DNA of 64,000 nucleotides from Thalia democratica (Eukaryota): NCBI GenBank assembly GCA_965202585.1, contig OZ241833.1, positions 24,800,001 to 24,864,000 of the forward strand, read 5' to 3'. Shown piece by piece: positions 25,253 to 37,979 of this stretch (position 1 is its first letter; each line of letters starts with the position of its first letter). The notes under the pieces were generated by a model. It saw only the letters and a program-made list of their open reading frames with translations, ran no database searches and was not told where the DNA came from. The position numbers and the translations under genes were made by a program.

Positions 25253-25610
25253 AGCGTCACTTTAGCACGGGGTGACACTTTAGCACGGAGTGACACTTTA
25301 GCACGGGGTGACACTTTAGCACGGGGTGACACTTTAGCACGGTGTGACACTTAAGCACGGGGTGATACTTTAGCACGGAGTGACACTTTAGCACGGAGTG
25401 ACACTTTAGCACGGGGTGACACTTTAGCACGGGGTGTCACTTTAGCACGGGGTGACACTTTAGCACGGCGTCACTTTAGCACGGTGTGACACTTTAGCAC
25501 GGAGTGTCACTTTAGCACGGGGTGATACTTTAACACGGAGTGTAACTTTATAACTGATTGATCCTTTTGCACAAAATGGTTCTTAAGCACGGAGTGACAC
25601 TTAAGCGCCA
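25253..25610 (+). repeat. Tandem minisatellite, 18-bp unit GTGACACTTTAGCACGGN (left MULE arm)
   Basis: Directly visible array with 16-bp variants and no spacers. Confidence 0.92.
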
Positions 25611-26184
25611 TTGATAGTTTTAAGTAAGTTAATTAAATACGTGTAAAGTTTGTATTTAATAAAACGTTTAAAATTAAATTTATATAAGCAGCATGCTGTT
25701 AATTATGCAATTTAGGCACTTTAAAGTGTGATTTCAAGAAAGAGTGTGTCTTCCAAAATTATTTTTAATAAAAATATTATCTAAGTAAGGAGTAAATTGT
25801 AAGACAAAGTTTGGCAGTCTTTTCAAATTATATTTAGAAAAATCATTTGTTGGTAGCAAAACGTTAGAAAAAATCTTTAGTGGCCTGTATTTTTCAAGAA
25901 AAACTATACTTAAGAACAAAAATAAGTACTGAAAAACAAGAAGTTGGTAAAATAAATGGTAACTAGTTTTAAAAATCCTTAATTATATAAATGTTCTTAT
26001 ACTGTATTCTTTTTTACTTCTGTAAATAAAATAGTAATACTTTACTTACATTTTATTTAATTACTTTGCTTGGCTGACATGGTTAAAATAACTTTATTTA
26101 TGTACAACAATAATAAAAAATTTATGTATAGCACTAAATTTTATTATAAAAACGAACACAAACGAAATTTACAAATATATACAT

Positions 26185-27426
26185 TTAATCTATATCAAAA
26201 TTGTATTGAATACCGCGTAGGTATTCAAGTATATTATTATTTTCATTAAAACTTGACACCAGATAAAACAGACGCTCATCTGCTTGTCTGAACCTTATTC
26301 TTTTGGGATCTGGTCTTATCCCTTCCAGAAGGTGTTCTAGTCCCATATCCCGAGAATTCTAAGTCGTTTTCAGAATATTTATAAAACTCCACAGATTGGG
26401 ATGGTTTCCATTTAATACTGCGTACAAAGCTCGATGCGCTGCTTTCGCAATATTGTTCGTTCGATCACTTTTTGTAAGTACTCGTTCGTACTGACTCCAC
26501 AAAGGAATTGGAAACAATGGCTCACCTCTAGCACCTTTAAGTTTAATTTTTTTAACCTAAAGTTTATGTACATTTCAAAATATAAACTCATAATTTAAAT
26601 TCAAAAAGTTACGCTTAAATTTTAAATAAATGTTCCAATCAAACATTAACAAATAAAATATTTAATTTTAATATCTACAATTTTATTCTAACAAATTAAA
26701 AAACAAATTTAAATAGGCAATAAATTAAAGTGTACTAAACATTAACACAAACATTTAAATGTATTCAACCTTCAACATAGTAGTGTCGAAACCACTCCAG
26801 AACTGTCACTAGTTCTTCAGAAATGTTAGCAATTAAAGCCTCTAAACCGTCAACAACTTTCTCTGCGGGTAAAAATGCTAATGACAGAATCATTTTTGCA
26901 TCTCTTGCAAAATTAGAATCTGTTTGAAACCTAAAAAAAATGTAAGCTAGTTATTTGAATAATTAAAATAGTTGTGTTTATTTTTAAAGTGATAACATAT
27001 GCGCTTTTAGTTGATATTTGTTGGTAAATGACTAAAAACCTATCCTATCTATTTGAAATTAAATAGTTGACCGTAGTGTTTTAATAATAATATCTTATAA
27101 ACAAAATAGCTCTTGTTGTGGTAAAATGAATAGTATATGTAAATTGTAACCTTGATTGAAGACCGGACCTTTGCAATTTTCGTAAAACATTTTGACCTAA
27201 ATGAAAAAGGCACCCTCTAACATTACAGCTTGGAAACTCATTCTGATTCATACAAAGTTACAATTAGCTAAATTTCTTACAATAAGCTTTATAGTTAATA
27301 TTACTTACTTTTACGGCATTTATTAATCCGAGCTCAAAATCGCAGGAAACGGCCGATGGTTGAATACCATGAATGATATTTTCAATCATTTGAAACATTG
27401 CGATGTAAGTTCGCTCAAACTTGTTC
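26185..27426 (-). pseudogene. Spliced MULE transposase remnant
   Basis: Exon-like pieces encode NKFERTYIAMF...VSCDFELGLINAVK, RGCLFHLGQNVLRKLQ, FARDAKMILSLAFLP...VLEWFD and PLFPIPLWSQYER..RTNNIAKAAH...HPNLWSFI...LEYLRGIQYN. There is an in-frame stop and a frameshift, and the first catalytic (DGTF) region was not found. Confidence 0.8.
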
Positions 27427-28589
27427 TGAAATGTTATAGAAAAATTTGTTATAATTTAAAATAAACTGATAAATTATCAACTTATTTTTTCATGATAAAC
27501 TTGGCAGTAACTTGTTGCCGTTGTTATGAGCTCATTTTAGCTGTGCTTTTGCACAGTTAACTTGACGCCATTCTTATATTGCTCTGTTGTTCAAGAATTT
27601 AGTTTAAACGAAAAATATGTGTTCTGTTTCTTTGATTCGGTATTTTGGTTAGTTGGCATTCATGTTCTTTAGTTTTTTATCATCTTTATGTTTCGCAGTT
27701 TATTAATTGTAAATACACCATTTCCTTGACTCGATTTTATTACAACTAGTCTAAATTTAAATAATTAACTGTTTTTTAAATCCTTTTTAATAAACAATAG
27801 TTGGTTTAGCACCTATAAAATATTAAGTTAATAGTAAAAGTTTAATTCGGATTTAATACATCGACTTTATTAACATGTCAAGTTAATTTATAAGTAACTT
27901 AAGAAACTATCTACGACCTATCTTATAATAACGTGTTAAGTCAGTTAAACGCTAAACCCGCATATATAAAAGTAACAATATCGGCAGATGGTAAAATGCA
28001 AACATGCGTACAAACACTTTTGAAACAATCGGCTTAAAATAATAAAATAAAAATTTTACTGATCAAACTTCAAATTATGCTATTTCTTAATATTTAAAAG
28101 AATTGAAAACCTAAATAGACAGAGAAAATTGTAAAATAGTTTTATTTACTTTTGTTGCAGTCTATACATAAATCTTACACATTTACACTTTTATTTAACG
28201 TGTTTACTATCATACTAGTATTTATTAATATTTATACTTTATTCACTGAAGTTAAATTAAGCTATAATCTTATTAAATAACGTTATAAAAAACCTTGAGC
28301 TCGTATATGTTGCTAGGTTTAAACAAGTAGTTTTACGTTTAAAATATGGTAGTAAGTATTTAAATACGTTAGTTAAAATATCTTAATAAAATGATTTGAT
28401 AGAATTCTTAAAATTATTTTTGTATTGTTATTATTAAGTTGAGGTTTGCCATAGAGTAATTAGTGTAATTTTATATTAAATACAAAGTTTTAGTTGAAGC
28501 TTTAACTTGAAACATATTAAAAGCTTGTAGTATTATGTTGCATAGTTTATTTTCATATTTTTCAACATAACATATAAGCATAAACAAAT

Positions 28590-29020
28590 GTGTCATTCCA
28601 TGCTAAAATGACACCGTGCTAAAGTGTCACTCCATGCTAAAGTGACGCCGTGCTAAAGTGTCACCCCGTGCTTAAGTGACGCCGTGCTAAAGTGACGCCG
28701 TGCTAATATGTCACCCCGTGCTAAAGTGTCACCCCGTGCTTAAGTGACGCCGTGCTAAAAAGTCACCCCGTGCTAAAGTGTCACCCCGTGCTAAAATGAC
28801 GCCGTGCTAAAGTGTCACCCCGTGCTAAAGTGCCACTCCGTGCTAAAGTGACGCCGTGCTAAAGTGTCACACCGTGCTAAAGTGTCACCCCGTGCTAAAG
28901 TGTCACACCGTGCTAAAGTGTCACACCGTGCTAAAGTGTCACCCCGTGCTAAAGTGTCACACCGTGCTAAAGTGTCATCCCGTGCTAAAGTGTCACACCG
29001 TGCTAAAGTGTCACCCGTGC
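28590..29020 (-). repeat. Tandem minisatellite, same 18-bp unit inverted (right MULE arm)
   Basis: Array of CCGTGCTAAAGTGTCACN. Confidence 0.92.
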
Positions 29021-30777
29021 TTTTCTGACCCGTTCCCTGCTGATGATATCATTAATACCATTTGTTATAAAATATTGTTTTAAAAATGAATTTGTAAATC
29101 AATAAGTTTCTAAGTCTGTTTAAAGCTGAAAAGTACATCAAGGACTGCATATTTTTGCTGGCTGCAGTTTTTCGACCTCTGTTCAAGGTGAAGATGTTGA
29201 AAAAAAAGATAAAAAAATTACAAGTAGGATATTAATGAAATTGAGAGTGAACTGTAGTGCTAATGTTATGGTTGCATTGAAAAATTAAAAACTCCTCTTA
29301 CGAATAAAATTTTATTAAAGTACAGCGGCCCAAAGTCTTTGTCGAACAAATTCGACCCGCTATGTACAAAAGGCTGTCACCTCTGGCTAGAGAAGTGGCT
29401 CAAATGTATTATAGAACATTAAAAAGAATAAAAAGACTAATTTGCTTTCATATAAAAAACTTACCAAAATTTAAAACAATGCAAGCACAATTAGACAAAC
29501 AGTTTTGAGTCACGATGAGAAGGAAGCCGAATTGCTATGAATTAAAATGCTTTTGTTGACCAAACCAAAAGAAAACGGATGCTAAGAAAGAGCATGTTAT
29601 TAGTTTACCTTTGTACTTTTTAGCAAATATTTCTGTACATTTTCTATAAAAAATAAAGTGCTTTTAATTATAAATACATTGAAAATTTGGTATAACATTA
29701 TAAAAATATTCCAATCACAACTTGTAAAAGTATCTGATACTGAGAATTGAGTTTGTTCATTATGCTTTACTTATGTCTTTTTATGGAACTTTTTTTTACA
29801 TTTAACTGCTTTCTTGAGGGAAAGGTTTTTGTTTCTAAAAAAATTAACTTTTGCTCTTTTCAGTTATAGTAATATGCAACTTAAGTACGCACTGTGAACA
29901 CATTGCAAAAATGCGTACCTAACCGGCATGTACGTACTCAATATATTTTGGCATTTTATTACCTATATTAAGCTTAATACCAAAATGTTAAAAACCACTA
30001 AATTTTCAGATGACTCTAACACTGAAAATCCCAAACAAAACATGTTTTAGAAAATATTATTATAAATAGTATTAAAAATTTTTAGTATTTATTTATGTAT
30101 GTATTAAAATAAATAATTTTTTAAAATCTATCTTGTATTTCCTTGTACCTTTAAAATTTACATAGCATATTTAATTAATAGTTTTATGGAAGAAAGATTT
30201 ATTAAAACACTGATTATGCTTTTATTAGTTTGTGTTTATTTGAAAAAGCTAATTTAAGGTTAGAATATTTTATTCTTGCATACTTATTAATTAGCAAATT
30301 TTTCATTTCAAGCGGTTGTCTTGGTAGAAAACACAACAGAAAAGGATTAAATGGTGTGGTGCTCATAGTAGACTGGTTTTCATAGTCAATATTTACAGTA
30401 ATAATTTTTAAAAAGAGTACTTAGCATATTTGTTTATTTTAACAGTTCAATTTTTGATTATTTTGTTTGTAAGTATATACATGGTTATCACAATCTCAGG
30501 TTTTTTAGGGTAACAAGTATGATTCAAGGTAGTTTATAATTTGTTAAAAACTCAGATTCATTTAATTTAATTTTACTATAATCAGCTTTTAAAAACTTTA
30601 ATAATATTTTGAAAATATGCGAGCAACAAAAAGTGTCTGCTAAACAAAAATGACAAACTACACTATCAGACATGTTTTCAAAAGTCATTGGTTATAAATG
30701 AATTATATTTCCAATGTTCTTTATTTAATTTTATATTGCTTTTATACATTTATGTTTTAATCGTTGGGTATGTAAAC

Positions 30778-31160
30778 TCAATTACACGGATAACCAAGAA
30801 ATCCAAAAGTATTTTTAATTTTATCTAAATCTTCCTTTAACAACTTCAAAGAAAAAATCTTGTGCGCTCTGAATACCAAACTGGAAATTAAGCCAACTTT
30901 ATGGGATAAGGGACAAAACGACTGAAAAGGAATACGTTGGCCAGCAAAAGTTGGTTTTTGATAAATAGTTAAAAGTAACTCAGTAGATGTACGCATAAAA
31001 TGAACATCCAAGAAAAGTAAGACCAACAGTAACGGCACGTTTATAAATCTAATCTTTACAAGTTGTTATAGCTGACGTTTGTCGCTTTTTTTTTACTTTT
31101 AGGAATCGAAAGGTTCCTAAAAACACCAGATCCTTAGACCAAACTTTTAGAGCGCTTTTT
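30778..31160 (-). mobile_element. Penelope-like element reverse transcriptase fragment
   Basis: LLFLDVHF...TIYQKPTFAGQRIPFQSFCPLSHKVGLISSLVFRAHKIFS...EDLDKIKNTF..LGYP matches the PLE RT thumb pattern LPFLDV..VYRKPT.TG......LV.RA..IC......GYP. Confidence 0.75.
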
Positions 31161-33990
31161 TATCGTTCAATAAACAATATACTTATTGTTTGTTTTACTT
31201 TTATTTTTGTACGTATGCTTATTTTAGTTAAATTACTAATTAAAATAATAATTATGTAAATAAAACTGTTAATCTAACTCTAATTAATTTTGCTTAATTA
31301 AAAATTGAGTATATTCTGATAAAATCATAACTGTTTACTTGCTCAACAGTTATTTTAAAGTTAGTTGCTAACAGAAGTAGTTGATAAGGGTTGCTAAAAC
31401 ATATTTTACTTGTTTACTTGTTTACATATTTTGTCTCAAATTTCTGTATAATGTTTTTGCATTACTAGTTTTAGGTTTTTATTTTTAATTTCAATGTCAA
31501 AAAATCCATTTTGAACACAGCTTTTTTCGGCAAAAACGTGCGAACTCAACCAGCAGTGCGTTTTCATGAAGTGCGTATGTAAGCAGCAGGTTACTGTATT
31601 TAGATCACGTTTAAATATCAGGCAAAATGCTTAGTTATATTATTCAAGAATGTTTAAGTTTTATATCATAAAAAAAAAATGCAACTATATGTTTCTAAAG
31701 TCCTTTAAGCTGAAATTCGTTGATGTAGTTAATGAGTAACTACAAAAATAATGTTTGTTTACAAATACTTAGTTTAAACAAGAAATTGACCTTACTTTTA
31801 TCATAACAGCTTGCGACAAATATAATCAGTTATTTATACTAGAAGAAAGTTATAACTATATATGATTTATTTTTAAGGATTTGATTTAGAGCTTGTAAGC
31901 TTTAATTTGGATATATTTTATACCTTTTAAAAAATATTTTTTGATATCAGCACTTTTAAATAAATAAAAAGTTCTACAACTTATTTAATTAGAATATACA
32001 AAGAAGTTTTTTGTAAAATTTTATTAGTTATGCAGTAGATAAAAGTAGCATTGTAGTTATTGAAACTTTTTATTTAAGTCAATTTTCTTTCTCTAGAAAC
32101 TGATAATCTTAAACAAAACAGTGTTTTAAAATATTTTTAGACAACAACTAAAATAGAGTGCCGGAAATAGTTAAATTAATAATCAAATTATAAATATTTA
32201 ATTATAAACATATATGTATATAGATATATTTTAACTTGATGCAAGTTTTATAAGTCACTAATAATCTTTTTAACAAACTAAAAGTTTAAAATTGATGTAA
32301 AAAAAGATTAATTAATTTTAAAAAGCTATATTTTTAAATGAACCTGTAAGGTATGCTAACACCTTAAGTTAGAAATTAAGTGTACAAACTTATATTTAAA
32401 TGTTTTTAGAACATAATCTTTTCTTTTAATTACCGATTATTTTTTATATATTTTAATACTAAAAAAGACTGTTTACTCAAGCTTTCACACTAATTATCAA
32501 TAAAATACATATGATACTTTTAACAGTTTGGTAACACTATGAACCACAAATTGGTAAATGGAAAAGTTTCAATCGAATGTAGTTACATTACTAAGCCTGG
32601 TGTAAAAGTTGCTTATGAAAAAACAGTGTATTATAGAAGAACAAGCGACGCAAAAAAAATTCTTGATAATAGTTCTGGAGATCTCGTAGTTGATACAGAT
32701 ATTGGTATTGGATTTAAAAGATTTGGACTCAAAATTTCAAACGCTGTAAATAAAAGTTGGTCAAAATCACATTCTTTCGCTACTCAGACTGAAAGCGAAG
32801 AATTGTCTTTAACAGAAAGAAGAGTAGAGTACTATGATCAAGTAACTATTTTATCTAGGTCTATTCGTTTTGTCTATTTTATAGACGGTCAGGTTATTGA
32901 ACATGTTGAAGATTCTATTGTCCAATGTGTAACAAGCAACACTTATTCTCTAAACGACCTTGAAATAGAAGCAAAGAAATATATGAAAAATACATACGGT
33001 GTTGAAAATTCAACAACTTTAGAAGCTTCTTTCAGTGTAAAAGTAAAACTTTATGAAATATGGAAATCATTTGTTAGAGGTGATATTATACCCAATGATG
33101 CTGTTTATGCAGGGAACATTTTCAAAGATGGTGCAGTGTATGTAGCTAGAGTCGATAACACTCCTGGAAGAGTTACTTTAAAAAATGGTCGAATACATGA
33201 GTTTTGTGTACAAGATTTAGGTTGCTCTTCAACAGGTGAAATTCTACTTACTAATCGACTTTGGGAATGGAAAGAAATAGAAAGAAACTGGGCTATTCCT
33301 AAAAATGCCGTGAAAATTGGGCGTACTCGTTGGAATAACAAAGCTTTTATTGGTAAAGCACTTTGTGGAGAACCTGGAAGGTTATATCCTTATGGTAATG
33401 CTCATAAAAACGGACCCACAATGTCTGTTTTAAAATGTTACACTACGGGAGTTGTAAACCATGCTTACATATTAGTTTATCCTGAGGAAGCATAAACTTT
33501 GATCGCATTGCAATATCACGCTTGCAGAGTTCTTGCGAAATTAAGAAAAAAATATTTGAAGAAACCGCTTACCGCTGACATCTTGTATAAAGAATAAAAA
33601 AAATTGTTTTTTTAAAATTCTTTGTAAGCTTACTGTGCTAAATTTATTATTAAAAAAGTTTACTATAATTTCAAGTATGTGTAGTAATTTAAACTAATCG
33701 TTTAAAATAACATCTTAATTAAAATTTTTTTATTTGCATTTAAGTTTAAAACTTTTAAGTTTTATCTTGTGCTTTCTTAAAAATAAAGAGTTTCACGGTA
33801 TTTGAGTATTTAATACATAAAATTCGTAAACCTTGATTTCGTATTATATAAAGTTAAATATCATAAAACATACCATTTCTTTACTTTTGATTGTATATAG
33901 TTTAATCATAATAATTAACGAATAAGTTTACGTATATTCCAATACTCCAAGTATTTTTTTATGAGAAATACTTAACAATACTTACATGAT
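30950..33990 (+). repeat. Segmental duplication copy A (main block)
   Basis: Homologous to 38210-38425, 38960-39960 and 43915-45940. Confidence 0.85.
32539..33495 (+). CDS. Putative beta-pore-forming domain plus 2x DM9 repeat protein, copy A (318 aa)
   Basis: Long intronless ORF. Residues ~175-318 are two DM9-type repeats (W..F.RGDIIPNDAVYAG....GAVYVAR...PG.V; WAIPKNAVKIG...AFIGKA..GEPG.L...YILV). The N-terminal ~170 aa are beta-strand and Ser/Thr-rich. A paralog at 44249 supports real coding function. Confidence 0.85.
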   Translation: MNHKLVNGKVSIECSYITKPGVKVAYEKTVYYRRTSDAKKILDNSSGDLVVDTDIGIGFKRFGLKISNAVNKSWSKSHSFATQTESEELSLTERRVEYYDQVTILSRSIRFVYFIDGQVIEHVEDSIVQCVTSNTYSLNDLEIEAKKYMKNTYGVENSTTLEASFSVKVKLYEIWKSFVRGDIIPNDAVYAGNIFKDGAVYVARVDNTPGRVTLKNGRIHEFCVQDLGCSSTGEILLTNRLWEWKEIERNWAIPKNAVKIGRTRWNNKAFIGKALCGEPGRLYPYGNAHKNGPTMSVLKCYTTGVVNHAYILVYPEEA

Positions 33991-36871
33991 AATTTCTTAA
34001 ACCATTTTAGTAGTAGAAACTTAAAAATTAGACATATTTGTTTTTTTTAGTAAATGAAAATATTTTAAAACTAAATATAATTCTAACTTAGTTTATTTAC
34101 TAAAAAGGGAGCTAATATTATCTATGTTGATTCTATTACTTTATTTTTATTTAAAATTTCATTATACTATATGTTCCACTTACAGTAACTCAAAATAGTT
34201 TTGTTTATTTTCTAAAATTGTTAGAACTATATAAGTTAAATACAATGAAACATAAAATCTTTAACACTCAATAAAATCCTTAAAAAAATGTAAGACTATT
34301 TATTTACACGTATTCAAAATAATAAACAACCCTAAAATACAAAATAAAATTAAAATTTTACCAAGCTGTATAACCTAAGGGACTACCTACAAAACTAAAT
34401 ATTTGAAGCTTCTAATTACAAATTTGACTTTAAGTCTAACATATTTTTTACCAGTTATAGTTATAACCGTAAGCATTTATTGGAATTAAGATACATAATT
34501 TATTTACTAATGATATAGTATAGTGAACCATAGACTTGTATTTAAACTGTAAACTTTGCTCTTAATGTTTGAAATACACAACTAAGCAGATCAAAAAAGG
34601 GTAACCCAGTTTACAACTAATATTAAAATTTTAGTTGTAAAATTGACAATCTAATTTACGATTGATAAAAACCTATCAAAGTTAAGAAAAGTCAAACTTT
34701 TTTATTTATTTGATGTAAATTTATCAATATATAAGTAAATTTTTTTTTGTAAAAGATAATTCAAATTTTTTGATGCAATCTTTTTTGTTTAAAAATAAAT
34801 AATATGTAAAACTTTCATTATAAAGTTTAAAACTACAGTAAATTTATTTTTTTAGATCTTAAGCTCACTAAAATTTATTTTGTTTAGAATATCGAATCTA
34901 AATAAATATATTGTTTAGGTTCAGGAAATCATACGCCAGTACAATTAGCAGAAGAAAAATATTAATCAGCTTATAAAATAACTTTTGGAATAACTTTATA
35001 AAAATTAATAAAAAATTATAGGTATTATGACAAGCAGTAGTTATTTTTATCTGTTTCAAACGTAAAAAAAAAGAACTTTTTCTCATAATATTCTTTTTTT
35101 TTTAATTCTAAGTATATATTTTATTATTAGACGCTAAATGTTTAATTGTTTATTAATATACAGTATATCAATTTAATTTATGTAAACAAAGGGACCTAAC
35201 AACAATTTTAGTGTTAAAAATTTTATAAAAAAAAACGGTATTACACTATTTACAAATAGTTTTATATTTAACAATGTTTTGTAAAGTATATCCTCTAGCA
35301 ACTAAGTTTACAGGCTGTATTACTTTGCTCTATCTACAAAGTTTCATAATTTTCAATAAAAAACTTCTTAAATACCTGTCACCGAATAAAAAATAATCCA
35401 TGGTTTATGAGTAAATACTAAACACTGCTCAATTTTTACATAAAGGTAAGGACCATTATTAAAGTCTTACTATTAATTTATTAATTTGATAACAATAAAG
35501 TTTTGAGTAGAATCTTTCGTAGAAAACTTATAGCATTTAAAAAACTTCAATCATTGACTTAAAATAAACCTATATAGTTAAAGTTTTGTATTTAGTTTTT
35601 AAAAACAGTTAAACAATTATCAACAGTATTCTAAGCTATCTAGACTTGTACAAAAATATAATTATGAAAAATATGATGTTATAAGTGAACTTGAAGAAAA
35701 AAAAACTTATTTTTGAAATATCTATCTAAAACTAGAAATAAGAAGCCTTCTAATAGGAAGAATTATTTTACAAGTGTTGTATTTCTATTTCTATTGATAC
35801 TTTTATGTTTTAACGCTTAGACATTTACTTGAATAAAGTAGACTTTGAAAATAAGTAACTAGCCAGAATGAACATTATGTGCACTTTAAAAAATGCATAA
35901 GAGTAATTATAATATAAAATATCAGTCCTGTTACAGCTACTTAAAAGTTAAAAAAAAATTTATGATAAATTTGGTTTAAAAAGTTGTTTTAAAATTAATG
36001 CAAGCATTTAAAAAATACTTTTTAATAGTTAAAGTATACAGTTTAAATACAAAGTTATTAAAGTATAGAGATTTGAGTTTACTTTTTAAATCATTGCAGC
36101 TAATTATTAATAGCAGTTATTTTTTCTAGAACTTATTTAAAAAAAACGTTCAACTATCAAACATTATCGTTTTACAACTTCTAATGTATTAATGTTTCAG
36201 TTTAAAAGTTGTTGTAACAAAAAAATATTTAGTTAAAAAGTAAAGCAAAACTAAATATATCTGTAAAATGTATAAAGGAGACTTGGTTCCCAAATGTTTG
36301 ATCGTATATCCTCAAAAGTATCAAATTTACTTTGCAGCTTTAAAATAAAAAGCTTTATTTTAGGTTATTATTTTTCATCAGAGCTCGACAAAACGGCTTA
36401 TTACTGCTGAAACAATACTTGGTGAAACTGAAAAATTAATAACTTTCAAATTATATAAAACATGGACTTTATTTATTTTCACTTTGAATGCGCTGATTTA
36501 AACTTCCAGCAAGGTGGTTATGTTTTGGTCAACAAAACTATCTCAAAACGAGAAGCAGTACTTTGCTAAACTTGATAAAGGTTTTACCTTTAAATAAATT
36601 ATCAGGATTATACGAATACATTTGATATGATTTTTAATTTTTTTTTGTACTCATTTTCAACCATTTTTCAGCTATTTTTTATCTTTAATACATATTTAGT
36701 TGTTTTTTGTATAGACAATTCTTTTCTATTATAAAAAACTTACTAAATAAAGTTAAATAGACTAATATACTAAGTATTTTTAATTAGGTTTTTAAATAAA
36801 AAGAATTCAAAAGTATCAATGCTAAACTATACATCGATTATAGTAACTTAATTAGTTTATTACCTTCAATA

Positions 36872-37202
36872 CAGGTGAGCAATTTTTCTAGTCAATGGAC
36901 GAGATTTACAAAACAAATCTTTCGCAGGCCAGAAAAAAATTAAAAATCTTGGCGGGCCAGGTAATTTCGAAAACATGCATTAACTTTATTTTAACCTTTA
37001 AAAGCAATTATATCTAAATAACATTTTAAAAGCGATACTGTGAGTATGGTAAATCAAGTTAGTTTTAATTTTTCAAGTGTTAGTTATAAAAGAGCTCAAA
37101 TATAATTGTTACGCATAAGCTACTTTCAAGCTACAACATGCGTCGCGTTCCAGAAGCTTCTACGTGGCGAACTGAATGCGATCCGCAAATTGTACGTTGC
37201 CC
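36872..37202. mobile_element. Small hAT-like element (copy B)
   Basis: CAGGTGAGCAA...GTACGTTGCCC; homologous to 24927-25231, including ~400 bp of upstream flank. Confidence 0.45.
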
Positions 37203-37979
37203 TTACTCCTAACCTGCGATTTTGTACTAGCTAATAATTAAATTAGTTTGGTTAAGCGACTTGTGGTTTGTTGATTTTCAACACAATAAACAATATAATA
37301 CGGATGGACAGTAGAGGCGACCAGTAACAAATTTATAGGGGATGCATAAGTTACCTAGAATGTTATTTTTTTTATATTAGAACATATAGTTATCTTGAAA
37401 ACGCAAAAAAAAAATGAGTATGAAAGTTTATTTAACTAAATTTATGCTTTTCCATTCCTCTATGACGTCATAACGCGTCGCCACAGGTTGACAGCGTACG
37501 GCTTGCGGGTGGGGTCCTGCTCGCGAATGCATTTTAAATGACACAATTTTGTACTAGACCAGGGTTTATCAACTCGGGCGATATTGATATTTTTCAAGTC
37601 GGCAGGCTTTTACATGTAAAGGGTTAACTTTTCTAGATAATTAAACACCCTAACAAAAATTTCTTGTGCAGAATTTCGAAGCTATTTAATAAAGAAAAAT
37701 CAATATTTTAAACCAAAAGTGTAACAAATTAAGGTCTTAGTAATTATGAATAATTAAACTAAGAGCCTAGTTGTAAGTTTTCAAATTAATTAATTTTTTT
37801 GTAGTCTTTAAAAATTGTGTTTTTGTGTGTACTTTTAATTTAGTTCACGAGTAGCAGTCAAATATTTCAATTGGCATCTAATGAGATTGTTTTATTTGAA
37901 TAGAATATTTAATATAACTGAAGGTCTCGTTATTATTATTTATCATAATAAATGACCTTTACCGCAAGATCAACAACAA

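Larger units (their letters stand above)
25232..29037 (-). mobile_element. Mutator-like (MULE) DNA transposon, internally deleted, with minisatellite subterminal arms
   Basis: Imperfect inverted termini GGGTAGGTGTCAGAAAAGCAC / GTGCTTTTCTGACCCGTTCCC, oppositely oriented 18-bp arrays and a central transposase remnant. No TSD found. Confidence 0.8.

Noticed and set aside
25165-25350. ORF with (AKVSPR)n, plus ORFs 28856..29083 (VLKCHT)n and 46676..46942
   Set aside because: Translations of the 18-bp minisatellite arms of transposons, not genes.
25253-29020. Arrays as CRISPR-like repeats
   Set aside because: Head-to-tail units with no unique spacers, eukaryotic context and no cas genes.
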